Below, piece after piece: positions 19,617-29,110 of a stretch of DNA of 52,551 bases (its first letter is position 1; the number at the start of each line of letters is the position of its first letter). The position numbers and the translations under genes are program-made. The stretch lies in sequence record DRR723986_7741; one strand, 5' to 3'. The notes under the pieces are model-generated. The model saw nothing but the letters and a program-made list of their open reading frames with translations, was not told where the DNA came from and did no database searches.

Positions 19617-19972
19617 TTGGATTTCTTTTTTGGAGCTTCTTTCATAATCTCAGCTTTATAACCTGTCTTTTCAATCACTTCAATGATTGCATCCGGGGTT
19701 GTCTTTTTAGGGTTGTAGGTGATAGTTGCCAAATCCCCTGGGTATTCCACCTTGTGTTCAATAATGCCGTCCACTTCTTTTAGCGCATTGGAAATATGGT
19801 TGGAACAACCTGCACAAGTCATTCCCGTGATTTTCAGTTTTAGGGTTTTGCCTTCTTGTTGGGTTGTAGTTGTTTTTTGTACTTCATTGTCAGTCAGTTT
19901 GCAACATTGCGCATTAACATGAGTAATTCCTATCAGAAACAATGCACTCAGTACAATCAAATTCTTTTTCAT
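19613..19972 (-). CDS. merP: Periplasmic HMA mercury-binding protein (MerP-like)
   Basis: Signal peptide, extra AQCC, GMTCAGC. Confidence 0.8.
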   Translation of the reverse strand: MKKNLIVLSALFLIGITHVNAQCCKLTDNEVQKTTTTQQEGKTLKLKITGMTCAGCSNHISNALKEVDGIIEHKVEYPGDLATITYNPKKTTPDAIIEVIEKTGYKAEIMKEAPKKKSK

Positions 19973-20019
19973 TGTGTAATTATTTAATTAAATTCTTAAA
20001 TACAGGAGGCAAAAAAAAT

Positions 20020-20625
20020 CTATTTCTTACCTACCACTTTATAGCCTGTACCGTTGATGGCTTCTTCAATCTTTACCAAGCTTACCTTAGATTGGTCAAA
20101 TTCTACCTTGGCTATTGATTCTTCATAGCTTGCATCTACTTTAACAATGCCCGGTAATTTGTTGACGTCATTTTCTACGTGCGAAGCACAGCCATTGCAA
20201 GTCATTCCTTTTACCTCAAAAGTTACCGTTTGTATGTCCGAAGCATTTACGATTATGACTTCCTTATTGTCGTTTGAAGGATAGAAAATGTGCGCATAGT
20301 TTGGAAAAGCAAGCATTGAGATTGCAAACACAGTTACAATACCTAATAATCCTTTCGATTGCCAAAATGAAGGTTTTTCATCTTCTTCGCAAGCACATTC
20401 AATTTCTTCGGCTGTTCTTGGTTTGAGTTTCTGATACCAGGCAATACCCAATACCAAAACAGTAATTCCGATGAGAAAAGGTCTTGCTGGTTCCATCCAC
20501 GAAAATGTAGATGCCACTCCTGATGCTCCTGAAATAAGTGCTAACACTGGGGTAATGCAGCAAAGTGAAGCTGCAACTGCCGAAAGCACTCCCGCTCCGA
20601 CAAGTTTGTTCGATTTTTTGTTCAT
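20020..20625 (-). CDS. merT: MerT-MerP fusion mercuric transporter
   Basis: ASLCCITP in TM1, cytoplasmic CAC, C-terminal HMA GMTCNGC. Confidence 0.9.
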   Translation of the reverse strand: MNKKSNKLVGAGVLSAVAASLCCITPVLALISGASGVASTFSWMEPARPFLIGITVLVLGIAWYQKLKPRTAEEIECACEEDEKPSFWQSKGLLGIVTVFAISMLAFPNYAHIFYPSNDNKEVIIVNASDIQTVTFEVKGMTCNGCASHVENDVNKLPGIVKVDASYEESIAKVEFDQSKVSLVKIEEAINGTGYKVVGKK

Positions 20626-20999
20626 ACCGTTTCCTTTTCTGAGTTGTTCATGATGTGTTTAAAGAATGGTCTAAGTATAGTCAGTTGCTCTTGTTTCAAA
20701 GAGTAGAAAATGGTTTGTCCTTCTCTTCTTCCTTCAATGACGTTTCCATCTCTTAGTTTTCTAAGGTGTTGTGAAACAGCGGGAATGCTCATCCCTAAAA
20801 TATCCGAAAGGTCACAGGGACAGAGTTCGTTTTCTTCTTCCAAGAGAAATAAGATTTTCAACCTTACTTCGTTTCCTGCTAATGCTAAAAGTCCACTCAG
20901 TTGTGTGAATGCCTTTTCGTTGGTTTGAAGAATTTCTCTACAATTGTCTATTTGAACCTTGTCGGCAAACACTCTTATACACGATTGATTATTTTCCAT
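20622..20999 (-). CDS. ArsR/SmtB family regulator of the mer operon
   Basis: RLKIL..L....ELCPCDLSDILGMSIPAVSQHLRKL; start moved to ATG 20999. Confidence 0.9.
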   Translation of the reverse strand: MENNQSCIRVFADKVQIDNCREILQTNEKAFTQLSGLLALAGNEVRLKILFLLEEENELCPCDLSDILGMSIPAVSQHLRKLRDGNVIEGRREGQTIFYSLKQEQLTILRPFFKHIMNNSEKETV

Positions 21000-21046
21000 A
21001 ATATCTCCCTTTTGGTTTAAGTAACGCAATAAATATAAATAGTTTT

Positions 21047-21071
21047 ATTATTTAAGCAAATACTTAATAAT
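21047..21071. promoter_or_regulatory. Putative ArsR operator
   Basis: Imperfect palindrome ATTATTTAAG-CAAATA-CTTAATAAT about 50 bp upstream of arsR. Confidence 0.5.
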
Positions 21072-21472
21072 CAATTGGAGTGGGGTTGATTTATGCGGTT
21101 GGTGGGTAAAAGCATGTAAACCCAGGCGAAGCCATTTATGCGAGCCTCCTACAAATTGAGCAAGGTTGGTGACTGCAAGAGCCCGAAGAATGATGGAGGC
21201 AGGCCGCTACTTTTTACGGCATAGCAGGTGTGATTTTTCTTTTGTATTATGGTCAGGAAAGCCAGGGATAGCGGTAAGATGGCAGAGTTTTTTTGTGCTA
21301 AGAGTTTAAGAAAGCCTCTTATTTCCAAAGTTCCTTTTGAAATAGCTTTTGAACTGGTCTTTGAAAGGATTTTTCTAATTAGTTCATTTTAGTTATTTCA
21401 ACTACTATTTGAAACTTAAAGAGTTAAAGAAAACCATGGAAAAAGGAATCAAGTGAGCTTCAATCAACCATT

Positions 21473-21958
21473 TGCAAAAAACGACGAAGTTGACCCCCTG
21501 CTGACGATTTAAGTTGACCCCGGCTTGGTGATGCAAATTGACCCCCTCGGTCGGTGATTTTTTTAAGATGGAATGGTAGGCTTTTAGGAGCTGTTGGAAT
21601 GGTGTACAACAACACACTTCTAATGGCCAATCGCCCCATAACTATGAACAAGATCAGACAGATTTTACGTGGCCATTTTGAAGTTCATGGTAGCAAGCAG
21701 CTCAGCAAGCTGACGGGAGTTTCCCGCAACACCATCAAGTCCTACCTGAGAAGGTTTCAGGAAACCGGGATGCTTTTCGACGAGGTAAACGAACTCTCCG
21801 ATGAGAGGCTGGCCCAACTGATCCTGGGTCCTCCTTCTCCACTACATCAAAGTGACAAGCTGGAAGTACTGCTTCCCCTTTTGCCGGGAATAGTCAAACA
21901 GCTGCGCAAAAAAGGCATGACACGCCAGCGTCTCTGGGAAGATTTTGAAATAGCCTAA
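21473..21958 (+). mobile_element. IS21-family remnant: left end plus truncated istA
   Basis: Starts TG; three AA(G/A)TTGACCCC repeats at 21487, 21511 and 21535 (24-bp period), typical of IS21 ends. Confidence 0.8.
21623..21958 (+). pseudogene. istA: IS21 transposase IstA N-terminal fragment
   Basis: MANRPITMNKIRQILR...GVSRNTIKSYL...LRKKGMTRQRLWE; stops before the DDE domain; no istB. Confidence 0.8.
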
Positions 21959-22173
21959 AACGTTAGACACTATTTGAAGGCAATTTTATTTTCTTAAATT
22001 TAGATACTCGAAATCAAGTTCATTCAAATAGCAGTTGTGTAGGCACAATTCAGAAAAAATATTCTGTGGCAAAATCAGGCAAAGACAAAAGATTAAAAAA
22101 CTCGTTGCGTAAATCGTGTAGTAGGTAAAAATTTATTTTCAAAGCTACTGAATACCAACACTTTACAAGCAAT

Positions 22174-22196
22174 GTTCGAATCTCGCCAGCTCCACC
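22174..22196 (+). mobile_element. att site: displaced 3' end of tmRNA (or tRNA-Ala)
   Basis: GTTCGAATCTCGC-CAGCTCC-ACC = T-loop, 3' T-stem and an acceptor strand pairing with GGGGCTG (G3:U70); the 5' T-stem strand is absent upstream. Confidence 0.75.
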
Positions 22197-22380
22197 TGAT
22201 GGCACAAATCCAATTTTGAAGGATTTGTGCCTTTCTTTTTTGAAGATAATCCACTATTTATCAGATAGATAAGCTTAACAAATTTGTTGACTTCAGGAGT
22301 TCGAACTTTTTCGTCCTGAAAAGTGATTTTTTTTGAAAAAGTCGAACTCATTATACTTTCCTTCTCTTCTGCACTTGCAA
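22197..22380 (-). pseudogene. C-terminal remnant of a large serine recombinase reading into the att site
   Basis: ASAEEKESIMSSTFSKKITFQDEKVRTPEVNKFVKLIYLINSGLSSKKKGT resembles Bacteroidetes recombinase C-termini; no catalytic domain. Confidence 0.55.
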
Positions 22381-22630
22381 TTTCCTATAACGCGCCGAGC
22401 CTACCCATCACCCTCAAAACACCTGTCCCCCTATATACTCCTGACGGATAAACTACTCAATATAAGCTCGCTTAAAAAACGCAACACCTTTGGATCTGTA
22501 CTCTGGCAAACAATATATTACACTCAAAATGAGGGAATTAAAGTATTTTCAATAAAAGCAACAAATCTTTACTGATATTTCATCAATTGCCCTTGACTAT
22601 TGGCGAAGTCTTACATAAGTTTGTACCCAA

Positions 22631-23041
22631 ATGGCAAAGTATCTAGTTAGATTCTTATTATCGCTAAGTATTCTCATATCGAGTGGGTATAGTGCTATCT
22701 ATGCCAGTATTGATAGTGATAATGCTTTAGAAAGCGCAGGAGGCTCTTTTGAGACTTCTGTAGGAATCAACAATACAAAACAACATCCCCTATCTATTTC
22801 TGCAAGCAAAGAGCATGGCAGCAATATATTTACCGTCAACAATTCCAAAGTTGAAGAGGAAGATGATAAGTTTGTCACAGATCATAGCTTTTTAGATAGC
22901 GCATACTTCAGCGCCATATACTTTACCCGGATTTTCGGTTTTCTCTTTCAAACTTCATCACATGACTTGCATTTCAGCAAGTTTGTGCCAAATACAGGAG
23001 AGCTTCGTAAACACGTAGTCATTCAGGTATTTAGAATATAA
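22631..23041 (+). CDS. Hypothetical exported or leader-like protein upstream of the RND operon
   Basis: Signal-like N-terminus, acidic EEEDD patch, C-terminal QVFRI. Confidence 0.6.
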   Translation: MAKYLVRFLLSLSILISSGYSAIYASIDSDNALESAGGSFETSVGINNTKQHPLSISASKEHGSNIFTVNNSKVEEEDDKFVTDHSFLDSAYFSAIYFTRIFGFLFQTSSHDLHFSKFVPNTGELRKHVVIQVFRI

Positions 23042-23304
23042 TACTACTTTTTTGAGGCAGAAAACCATTCTTGCCTAACACTCCCATTTTCTTAATTACC
23101 CCTTAGAACATCAGCTAAAAAAACACCTGATGCTCAACGGTTTCTGTGTATTCCCTTATACACAACCTCCCAAAATCACCCGGAAAAAAGTATCGTTTTT
23201 ATTAAATCAACCTATGAAATCGAGGCTATTTCAAGTGTCGTACACGCGTACGATTATGAGAAATGCGCGATTCCATGTGACCATTAAAATTCAAATAATA
23301 ACAC

Positions 23305-24393
23305 ATGAAAAATCAAATTTTCATGCTCTTTAGCCTGTGCAGCACAATGTGGATCGCAAGCTGTACTTCGCACGGAGAAGAGCATCACGAAGAGGAAACC
23401 ACCTTTCAGGTTACTAGCCCCCTCACCATGGATACGTTGATCACCAAAGATTATGTATCCCAAATTCATTCAATACAGCATATTGAGCTGAGAGCTCAAG
23501 AAAGAGGCTATCTACAAAAAATCTATGTAGACGAAGGCCAACTTGTGAAAAAAGGGCAAATCATGTTTAAGATCATGCCTAAGCTTTACGAAGCAGAACA
23601 ACAAAGTGCCAAAGCTGAAGTAGATTTTGCAGAAATCGAATATCAAAACACCAAAACGCTGGCAGATAGAAATATCGTTGCTCCAAATGAGCTGGCTATG
23701 GCAAAAGCGAAATTGGCTAAAGCCAAAGCTGAACTTGCATTGGCAGAAGTCCACTTGCAATTCACAGAGATCCGCGCACCTTTTGACGGCATTATTGGCC
23801 GATTCCGTGTGAGAGAAGGCAGTTTGCTAGACGAAGGAGAATTGCTATCTGAATTCTCAGACAACAGCAAAATGTGGGTTTACTACAACGTACCAGAAGC
23901 TGAATACTTGGAATACAAAGCTGAAGTAAAAAGTGAGGATGATGTCATTGTGAATCTACTAATGGCAAACAATAAGTACTTCACTTATCCTGGCGTAGTA
24001 GAAACTATAGAGGCAGATTTCAACAATGAAACAGGCAACATTGCCTTCAGAGCGACATTCCCCAACCCTGACGGACTATTAAGACACGGCGAAACTGGTA
24101 ATATTGAGATGAGTATTCCATTAAAGGATGCACTACTAATTCCTCAAAAAACAACCTTCGAAGTACTTGAAAAAAAGTATGTCTATGTAGTAGACGAAGA
24201 AAATAAAATCCGCTCCAGAGAAGTGACCATTGCTGCAGAAATACCTCACATTTATGTGATATCTGCTGGGTTGGAAAAGGGTGACAAAATCCTTCTGGAA
24301 GGTTTGCGTCTGGTAAGAGAAAATGAAGAGATACACTATGATTTCGTAGATCCGCACACAGCATTGTCTCAGTTAGACTTATATGCAGAGTAG
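23305..24393 (+). CDS. RND efflux membrane fusion protein (lipoprotein)
   Basis: Lipobox IASC, His/Glu-rich N-terminus, VDEGQLVKKGQ, IRAPFDG. Confidence 0.92.
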   Translation: MKNQIFMLFSLCSTMWIASCTSHGEEHHEEETTFQVTSPLTMDTLITKDYVSQIHSIQHIELRAQERGYLQKIYVDEGQLVKKGQIMFKIMPKLYEAEQQSAKAEVDFAEIEYQNTKTLADRNIVAPNELAMAKAKLAKAKAELALAEVHLQFTEIRAPFDGIIGRFRVREGSLLDEGELLSEFSDNSKMWVYYNVPEAEYLEYKAEVKSEDDVIVNLLMANNKYFTYPGVVETIEADFNNETGNIAFRATFPNPDGLLRHGETGNIEMSIPLKDALLIPQKTTFEVLEKKYVYVVDEENKIRSREVTIAAEIPHIYVISAGLEKGDKILLEGLRLVRENEEIHYDFVDPHTALSQLDLYAE

Positions 24394-24423
24394 TCAATTC
24401 TCTCATAAAAACCAGAAACACTA

Positions 24424-27400
24424 ATGTTTAGCACATTCATAAAAAGACCAGTCCTTGCGATTGTGATTTCGATCATTATCGTATTTATCGGCTCGTTGTC
24501 TATCAAGCAACTACCTATATCTCAGTTCCCTCCGATTGCCCCTACTACAGTCAGTATTTTCATAGCATACCCTGGATCAAGCGCAGATGTACTTGTGAAA
24601 TCCACCTTGATCACCTTGGAAAACGCAATCAACGGTGTGCAGGATATGAGATACATGGCAACGGATGCTACCTCTGCCGGTGAAGCTACAATTAACATCA
24701 TCTTCGAACCGGGCACGGATCCTAACCAGGCAGTAATACGTGTGAAGACGAGGGTGGATCAGGTAATGCCTCTTCTACCCGAACTCGTTCAGCGTGAAGG
24801 TGTGGTAATCACACCCATACAACCAAGTATGTTGATGTATGTCAACCTGTATTCCAAGAGCGAAAACATGGATGAAAAATTCCTGTACAACTACGCTAAC
24901 GTGAATATGATCCCTGAAATCAACAGGATTAAAGGGGTAGCAAGATCTCAAATATTAGGTAGCCGAACCTACGCGATGCGTGTGTGGCTGAATCCTGATC
25001 GTATGCGAGCATACAATGTCTCAGTAGATGAGGTAATGGAAGCTATGCAAGAGCAAAGTATCGTAGGCCGCCCAGGTAGAATCGGACAAAGCTCGGGCAT
25101 AGAAGCACAATCACTAGAATATGTATTGACTTACAAAGGGCGTTTCAGCAAGCCTGAAGAGTATGACAATATCATCATACGAGCCAACTCTGAAGGGGAA
25201 TCCATAAAGTTGAAAGACATAGCTCGGACAGAACTCGGTAGTGAATTCTTTGACATATACTCCAATCTGGATGGTCATCCATCCGCTTCGATTGTATTGA
25301 AACAAAACTACGGTAGCAATGCCAGTGATGTAATTGAAGAAGTAAAAGCGCAACTGGAAACGATGAAAGAATCTTTTCCTCCGGGAATGGATTACAGTAT
25401 CAGTTATGACGTATCCCGATTCTTGGACGCATCTACCGAACAGGTAATTCATACGTTGCGTGATGCATTTATCCTAGTTGCTCTAGTTGTATTTGTATTC
25501 TTGGGTGATTGGCGATCGACATTGATTCCAATCATTGCTGTGCCAGTATCACTGATCGGAGCGTTTTTCGTGCTTCAGATGTTTGGACTATCTATCAACA
25601 TCATTACCCTTTTTGCCTTAGTACTTGCTATTGGTATTGTGGTCGATGATGCAATTGTAGTAGTGGAAGCGGTGCATGCTAAGATGGAGGAAATGCCTCA
25701 TTTGTCGCCATATCAAGCTGTGAAAAGAGTTCTTGGTGAAATTTCTGGAGCTATCATCGCCATCACGGCAGTAATGGTTTCCGTGTTTCTCCCTATCTCC
25801 TTTATGAGTGGACCAGTGGGTACATTCTACCGTCAGTTCTCCATTACTATGGCTAGTTCAATTGTGATTTCAGCAATCATTGCTTTGACGCTGACTCCGG
25901 TGCTTTGTGCGATGCTCTTGAAAAACCACCATGGAAAAGAGAAGAAAAGAAATATCCTCACCAAAGCTTTGGATGGATTCAATAGTGGTTTTGATAAGTT
26001 AACCGGCAAATATGTTCAGTTACTTCGCTCCATGGTAAGTCGCAGATGGCTCACCTTTGGAATACTATTGCTCTTTGGAGCTGGGATTGTATTCGAAAAC
26101 GAGATTCTTCCGGCAGGCTTTATCCCTAGTGAAGATCAGGGAACAATCTATGCGATTATCCAAACGCCTCCAGGATCTACGCTGGAGCGTACCAATCAGG
26201 TTTCTCAGAAGTTGCAGAAAATATGTGAGGAAATCGATGGAGTAGAATCCGTTTCTTCCCTTGCAGGATACGAGATCATGACGGAAGGTCGTGGTTCCAA
26301 TGCAGGTACTTGTTTGATCAACTTAAAGCCCTGGGGCGATCGTAAGCATACGGTAAAAGAGATCATGGAAGAACTTGAGGAAGAATCAAAAGGTCTAGGC
26401 GCCGTTGTGGAATTCTTTGAGCCACCTGCAATCCCAGGTTTCGGTTCATCCGGAGGTTTCTCCTTGCGGCTATTAGATAAGACTACCACAACTGATTATC
26501 AGGATTTTGATAAGATTAATCAGAAGTTTATGGATGATCTTAGTGCACGTCCTGAAATAACAGGTTTGTTCACATTCTTCGCTGCCAACTATCCTCAATA
26601 TGAGTTGGAAATAGATAATGATAAAGCAATGCAAAAAGGAGTTTCCATCGGAGACGCAATGGAAAACCTGAACATTCTTATCGGTAGTACATATGAGCAG
26701 GGTTTCATCCGATTTGGTAGATTCTTCAAAGTTTACGTACAATCAGATCCTGCATTTAGAAGACTTCCCTCAGATGTTTTGAATCTATTTGTGAGGAATG
26801 AAGCCGGGGAAATGGTTCCTTACTCAGCCTTCATGACAATGAAGAAAACACAAGGACCTAATGAGGTGACTCGTTTCAACATGTACAATTCTGCATCTAT
26901 CCGTGGTCTTCCGGCTAAAGGCTATACCACTGCTGATGCGATACAGGCGATTAGAGAAGTATCTGCTCAAACGTTGCCTAAAGGTTATGACATTGCTTGG
27001 GAAGGCCTTTCCTTCGATGAATCGAACCGTGGTAATGAAGCACTTTATGTATTCCTCATCGTACTGGTGTTTGTGTACTTTGTCCTGGCAGCTCAATATG
27101 AAAGTTTCATCATACCGCTAGCAGTAGTATTCTCACTTCCGGCGGGGGTATTCGGTTCATTCTTCTTGCTAAAGTTGATGGGACTGGATAATGATATCTA
27201 TGCACAGATTGGTCTGATCATGTTGGTAGGTTTATTGGGTAAAAACGCAGTGTTGATTGTGGAATTTGCCGTGCAAAAGCGCCAGGAAGGATTGAGCATC
27301 TTGGAAGCTGCTATCGAAGGTGCCAGGGTACGTTTCCGTCCTATTCTGATGACTTCATTTGCCTTTATTGCTGGTTTGATTCCATTGATCGTGGCATCGG

Positions 27401-27591
27401 GAGCAGGTGCTATTGGTAACCATACAATTGGTGCATCAGCACTTGGTGGTATGTTATTCGGGACCATTTTTGGGGTAATCATCGTACCTGGCTTGTATTT
27501 CATATTTGGGAATTTGGCGGATGGTCGACACCTAATCAAAAATGAAGATGAATCTCCACTTTCTGAACATAAACAACACTCACATGCTTAA
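24424..27591 (+). CDS. RND efflux permease (HAE1/AcrB family)
   Basis: 1055 aa; GIVVDDAIVVVE, GKNAVLIVEF, RFRPILMT. Confidence 0.95.
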   Translation: MFSTFIKRPVLAIVISIIIVFIGSLSIKQLPISQFPPIAPTTVSIFIAYPGSSADVLVKSTLITLENAINGVQDMRYMATDATSAGEATINIIFEPGTDPNQAVIRVKTRVDQVMPLLPELVQREGVVITPIQPSMLMYVNLYSKSENMDEKFLYNYANVNMIPEINRIKGVARSQILGSRTYAMRVWLNPDRMRAYNVSVDEVMEAMQEQSIVGRPGRIGQSSGIEAQSLEYVLTYKGRFSKPEEYDNIIIRANSEGESIKLKDIARTELGSEFFDIYSNLDGHPSASIVLKQNYGSNASDVIEEVKAQLETMKESFPPGMDYSISYDVSRFLDASTEQVIHTLRDAFILVALVVFVFLGDWRSTLIPIIAVPVSLIGAFFVLQMFGLSINIITLFALVLAIGIVVDDAIVVVEAVHAKMEEMPHLSPYQAVKRVLGEISGAIIAITAVMVSVFLPISFMSGPVGTFYRQFSITMASSIVISAIIALTLTPVLCAMLLKNHHGKEKKRNILTKALDGFNSGFDKLTGKYVQLLRSMVSRRWLTFGILLLFGAGIVFENEILPAGFIPSEDQGTIYAIIQTPPGSTLERTNQVSQKLQKICEEIDGVESVSSLAGYEIMTEGRGSNAGTCLINLKPWGDRKHTVKEIMEELEEESKGLGAVVEFFEPPAIPGFGSSGGFSLRLLDKTTTTDYQDFDKINQKFMDDLSARPEITGLFTFFAANYPQYELEIDNDKAMQKGVSIGDAMENLNILIGSTYEQGFIRFGRFFKVYVQSDPAFRRLPSDVLNLFVRNEAGEMVPYSAFMTMKKTQGPNEVTRFNMYNSASIRGLPAKGYTTADAIQAIREVSAQTLPKGYDIAWEGLSFDESNRGNEALYVFLIVLVFVYFVLAAQYESFIIPLAVVFSLPAGVFGSFFLLKLMGLDNDIYAQIGLIMLVGLLGKNAVLIVEFAVQKRQEGLSILEAAIEGARVRFRPILMTSFAFIAGLIPLIVASGAGAIGNHTIGASALGGMLFGTIFGVIIVPGLYFIFGNLADGRHLIKNEDESPLSEHKQHSHA

Positions 27592-29020
27592 GAGAATCAT
27601 ATATACATGCCTTGGGGCAGTGGCTATCACATTAGCAGTGACTAGTTGCAAAACACCGGAGCTAATACAGAAAGACGTAAATAATGCAGTACCTGAGAGC
27701 TTTGCAAATGGCTCTCAGGACACTACAAATACTGCAGCTATGATATGGCAAGACTATTTCAACGACCCATATCTGAAAGCCTTGATTGATACTGCTTTGA
27801 GCAACAATCAGGAATTGAATATCACTTTGCAGGAAATTCAAATCGCACAGAACGAAATACGAGTTCGTAAAGGAGAAATCTTACCATCTGTGGGAATCGG
27901 AGCAGCTGCGGGCGTAGACAAAGTGGGCAGATATACTAGCCAAGGTGCAAATGATGCCAATACTGAAATCAAGCCTGGCAAGGAAATGCCTGAACCTTTG
28001 CAGGACTATATGCTAGGAGCCTATGCTACTTGGGAAGTCGATATCTGGCATAAACTGAGAAATGCTAAAAAATCAGCAATGACCAGGTATCTCGGAAGCG
28101 TTGAAGGTAAAAACTTCATGGTAACCAATCTGATCGCTGAAATAGCAAACTCATATTACGAACTTCTCGCATTGGACAATGAACTGGCTATTGTAAAACA
28201 GAACATCGAGATCCAAAATAATGCCTTTGAAATTGTAAAATATCAGAAAACTGCAGCCCGAGTTACTGAGTTGGCTGTGCGAAGGTTTGAAGCTCAAGTA
28301 CTAAACACCAAGAGTCTTCAGTATGGTATTCAGCAGGACATCATAGAAGTCGAGAATAGAATCAACTTTTTGGTGGGTAGATTCCCTCAGAAAGTTGAAA
28401 GAAACCCAAACGCATTTGGAGACCTAATCCCAAAGGCGGTTCAGGCGGGTATTCCTTCTCAACTTTTGGCAAACAGACCTGATATCAGACAAGCAGAGCT
28501 TGAATTAGCCGCTTCGAAGATTGACATTCAAGTGGCTAAAGCTGACTTCTACCCTTCTTTGGAAATCAGAGCAGGCCTTGGGTTCAATGCTTTTAACCCA
28601 AGCTATATCTTTACTTCTCCTGAGTCCATTATTTACTCTTTGGCAGGAGAATTAGTTGCTCCTTTGATCAATAGAAATGCGATTAAAGCGAGGTATTTGA
28701 CAGCTAATGCAAAGCAGATCCAAGCTATCTACAATTATGAGCAAACTATCCTAAATGCTTATGTAGAGGTTGCCAATCAGCTTTCCAATATCAGCAACTT
28801 GGAACAAACCTATGATTTGAAGTCTAAGGAAGTACAGGCACTCACTCAGTCAGTGGAAATTTCTAATGAACTCTTCAACTCTGCTCGAGCGGATTACATG
28901 GAAGTGCTATTGACTCAAAGAGATGCGCTGGAATCTAAATTTGAATTAATCGAGACTAAGATGAAACAAATGCATGCCACTGTTGACATCTATCAAGCGC
29001 TTGGTGGCGGATGGAAATAA
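27584..29020 (+). CDS. TolC/OprM-family outer membrane lipoprotein
   Basis: Lipobox VTSC, PSQLLANRPDI, YQALGGGW; start moved to ATG 27584. Confidence 0.93.
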   Translation: MLKRIIYTCLGAVAITLAVTSCKTPELIQKDVNNAVPESFANGSQDTTNTAAMIWQDYFNDPYLKALIDTALSNNQELNITLQEIQIAQNEIRVRKGEILPSVGIGAAAGVDKVGRYTSQGANDANTEIKPGKEMPEPLQDYMLGAYATWEVDIWHKLRNAKKSAMTRYLGSVEGKNFMVTNLIAEIANSYYELLALDNELAIVKQNIEIQNNAFEIVKYQKTAARVTELAVRRFEAQVLNTKSLQYGIQQDIIEVENRINFLVGRFPQKVERNPNAFGDLIPKAVQAGIPSQLLANRPDIRQAELELAASKIDIQVAKADFYPSLEIRAGLGFNAFNPSYIFTSPESIIYSLAGELVAPLINRNAIKARYLTANAKQIQAIYNYEQTILNAYVEVANQLSNISNLEQTYDLKSKEVQALTQSVEISNELFNSARADYMEVLLTQRDALESKFELIETKMKQMHATVDIYQALGGGWK

Positions 29021-29076
29021 ATTGGTTGATTAAAGGTTGATCCGCTATCCATACGATCAAATGGATAGCATATTCG

Positions 29077-29109
29077 AAAGTCCCTCCGAAGGTTCGGAGG
29101 GACTTTTTT
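29077..29109. terminator. Intrinsic terminator between convergent tolC and fic (second hairpin at 29044-29069)
   Basis: AAAGTCCCTCCGAA-GG-TTCGGAGGGACTTT followed by a T-run. Confidence 0.85.
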
Positions 29110-29110
29110 G

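Larger units (their letters stand above)
1..22196. mobile_element. Integrative conjugative element (Bacteroidetes conjugative-transposon type), right portion; integrase, relaxase and oriT not in window
   Basis: tra operon, ardC/radC, excisionase-like HTH and cargo genes, ending at a tmRNA-like 3' fragment at 22174-22196. Confidence 0.85.

Noticed and set aside
22174-22196. Complete tRNA or tmRNA gene
   Set aside because: Only the 3' fragment is present; upstream sequence cannot form the T-stem or acceptor stem
23130-23333. 67-aa ORF before the MFP
   Set aside because: No recognisable features; overlaps the MFP start out of frame
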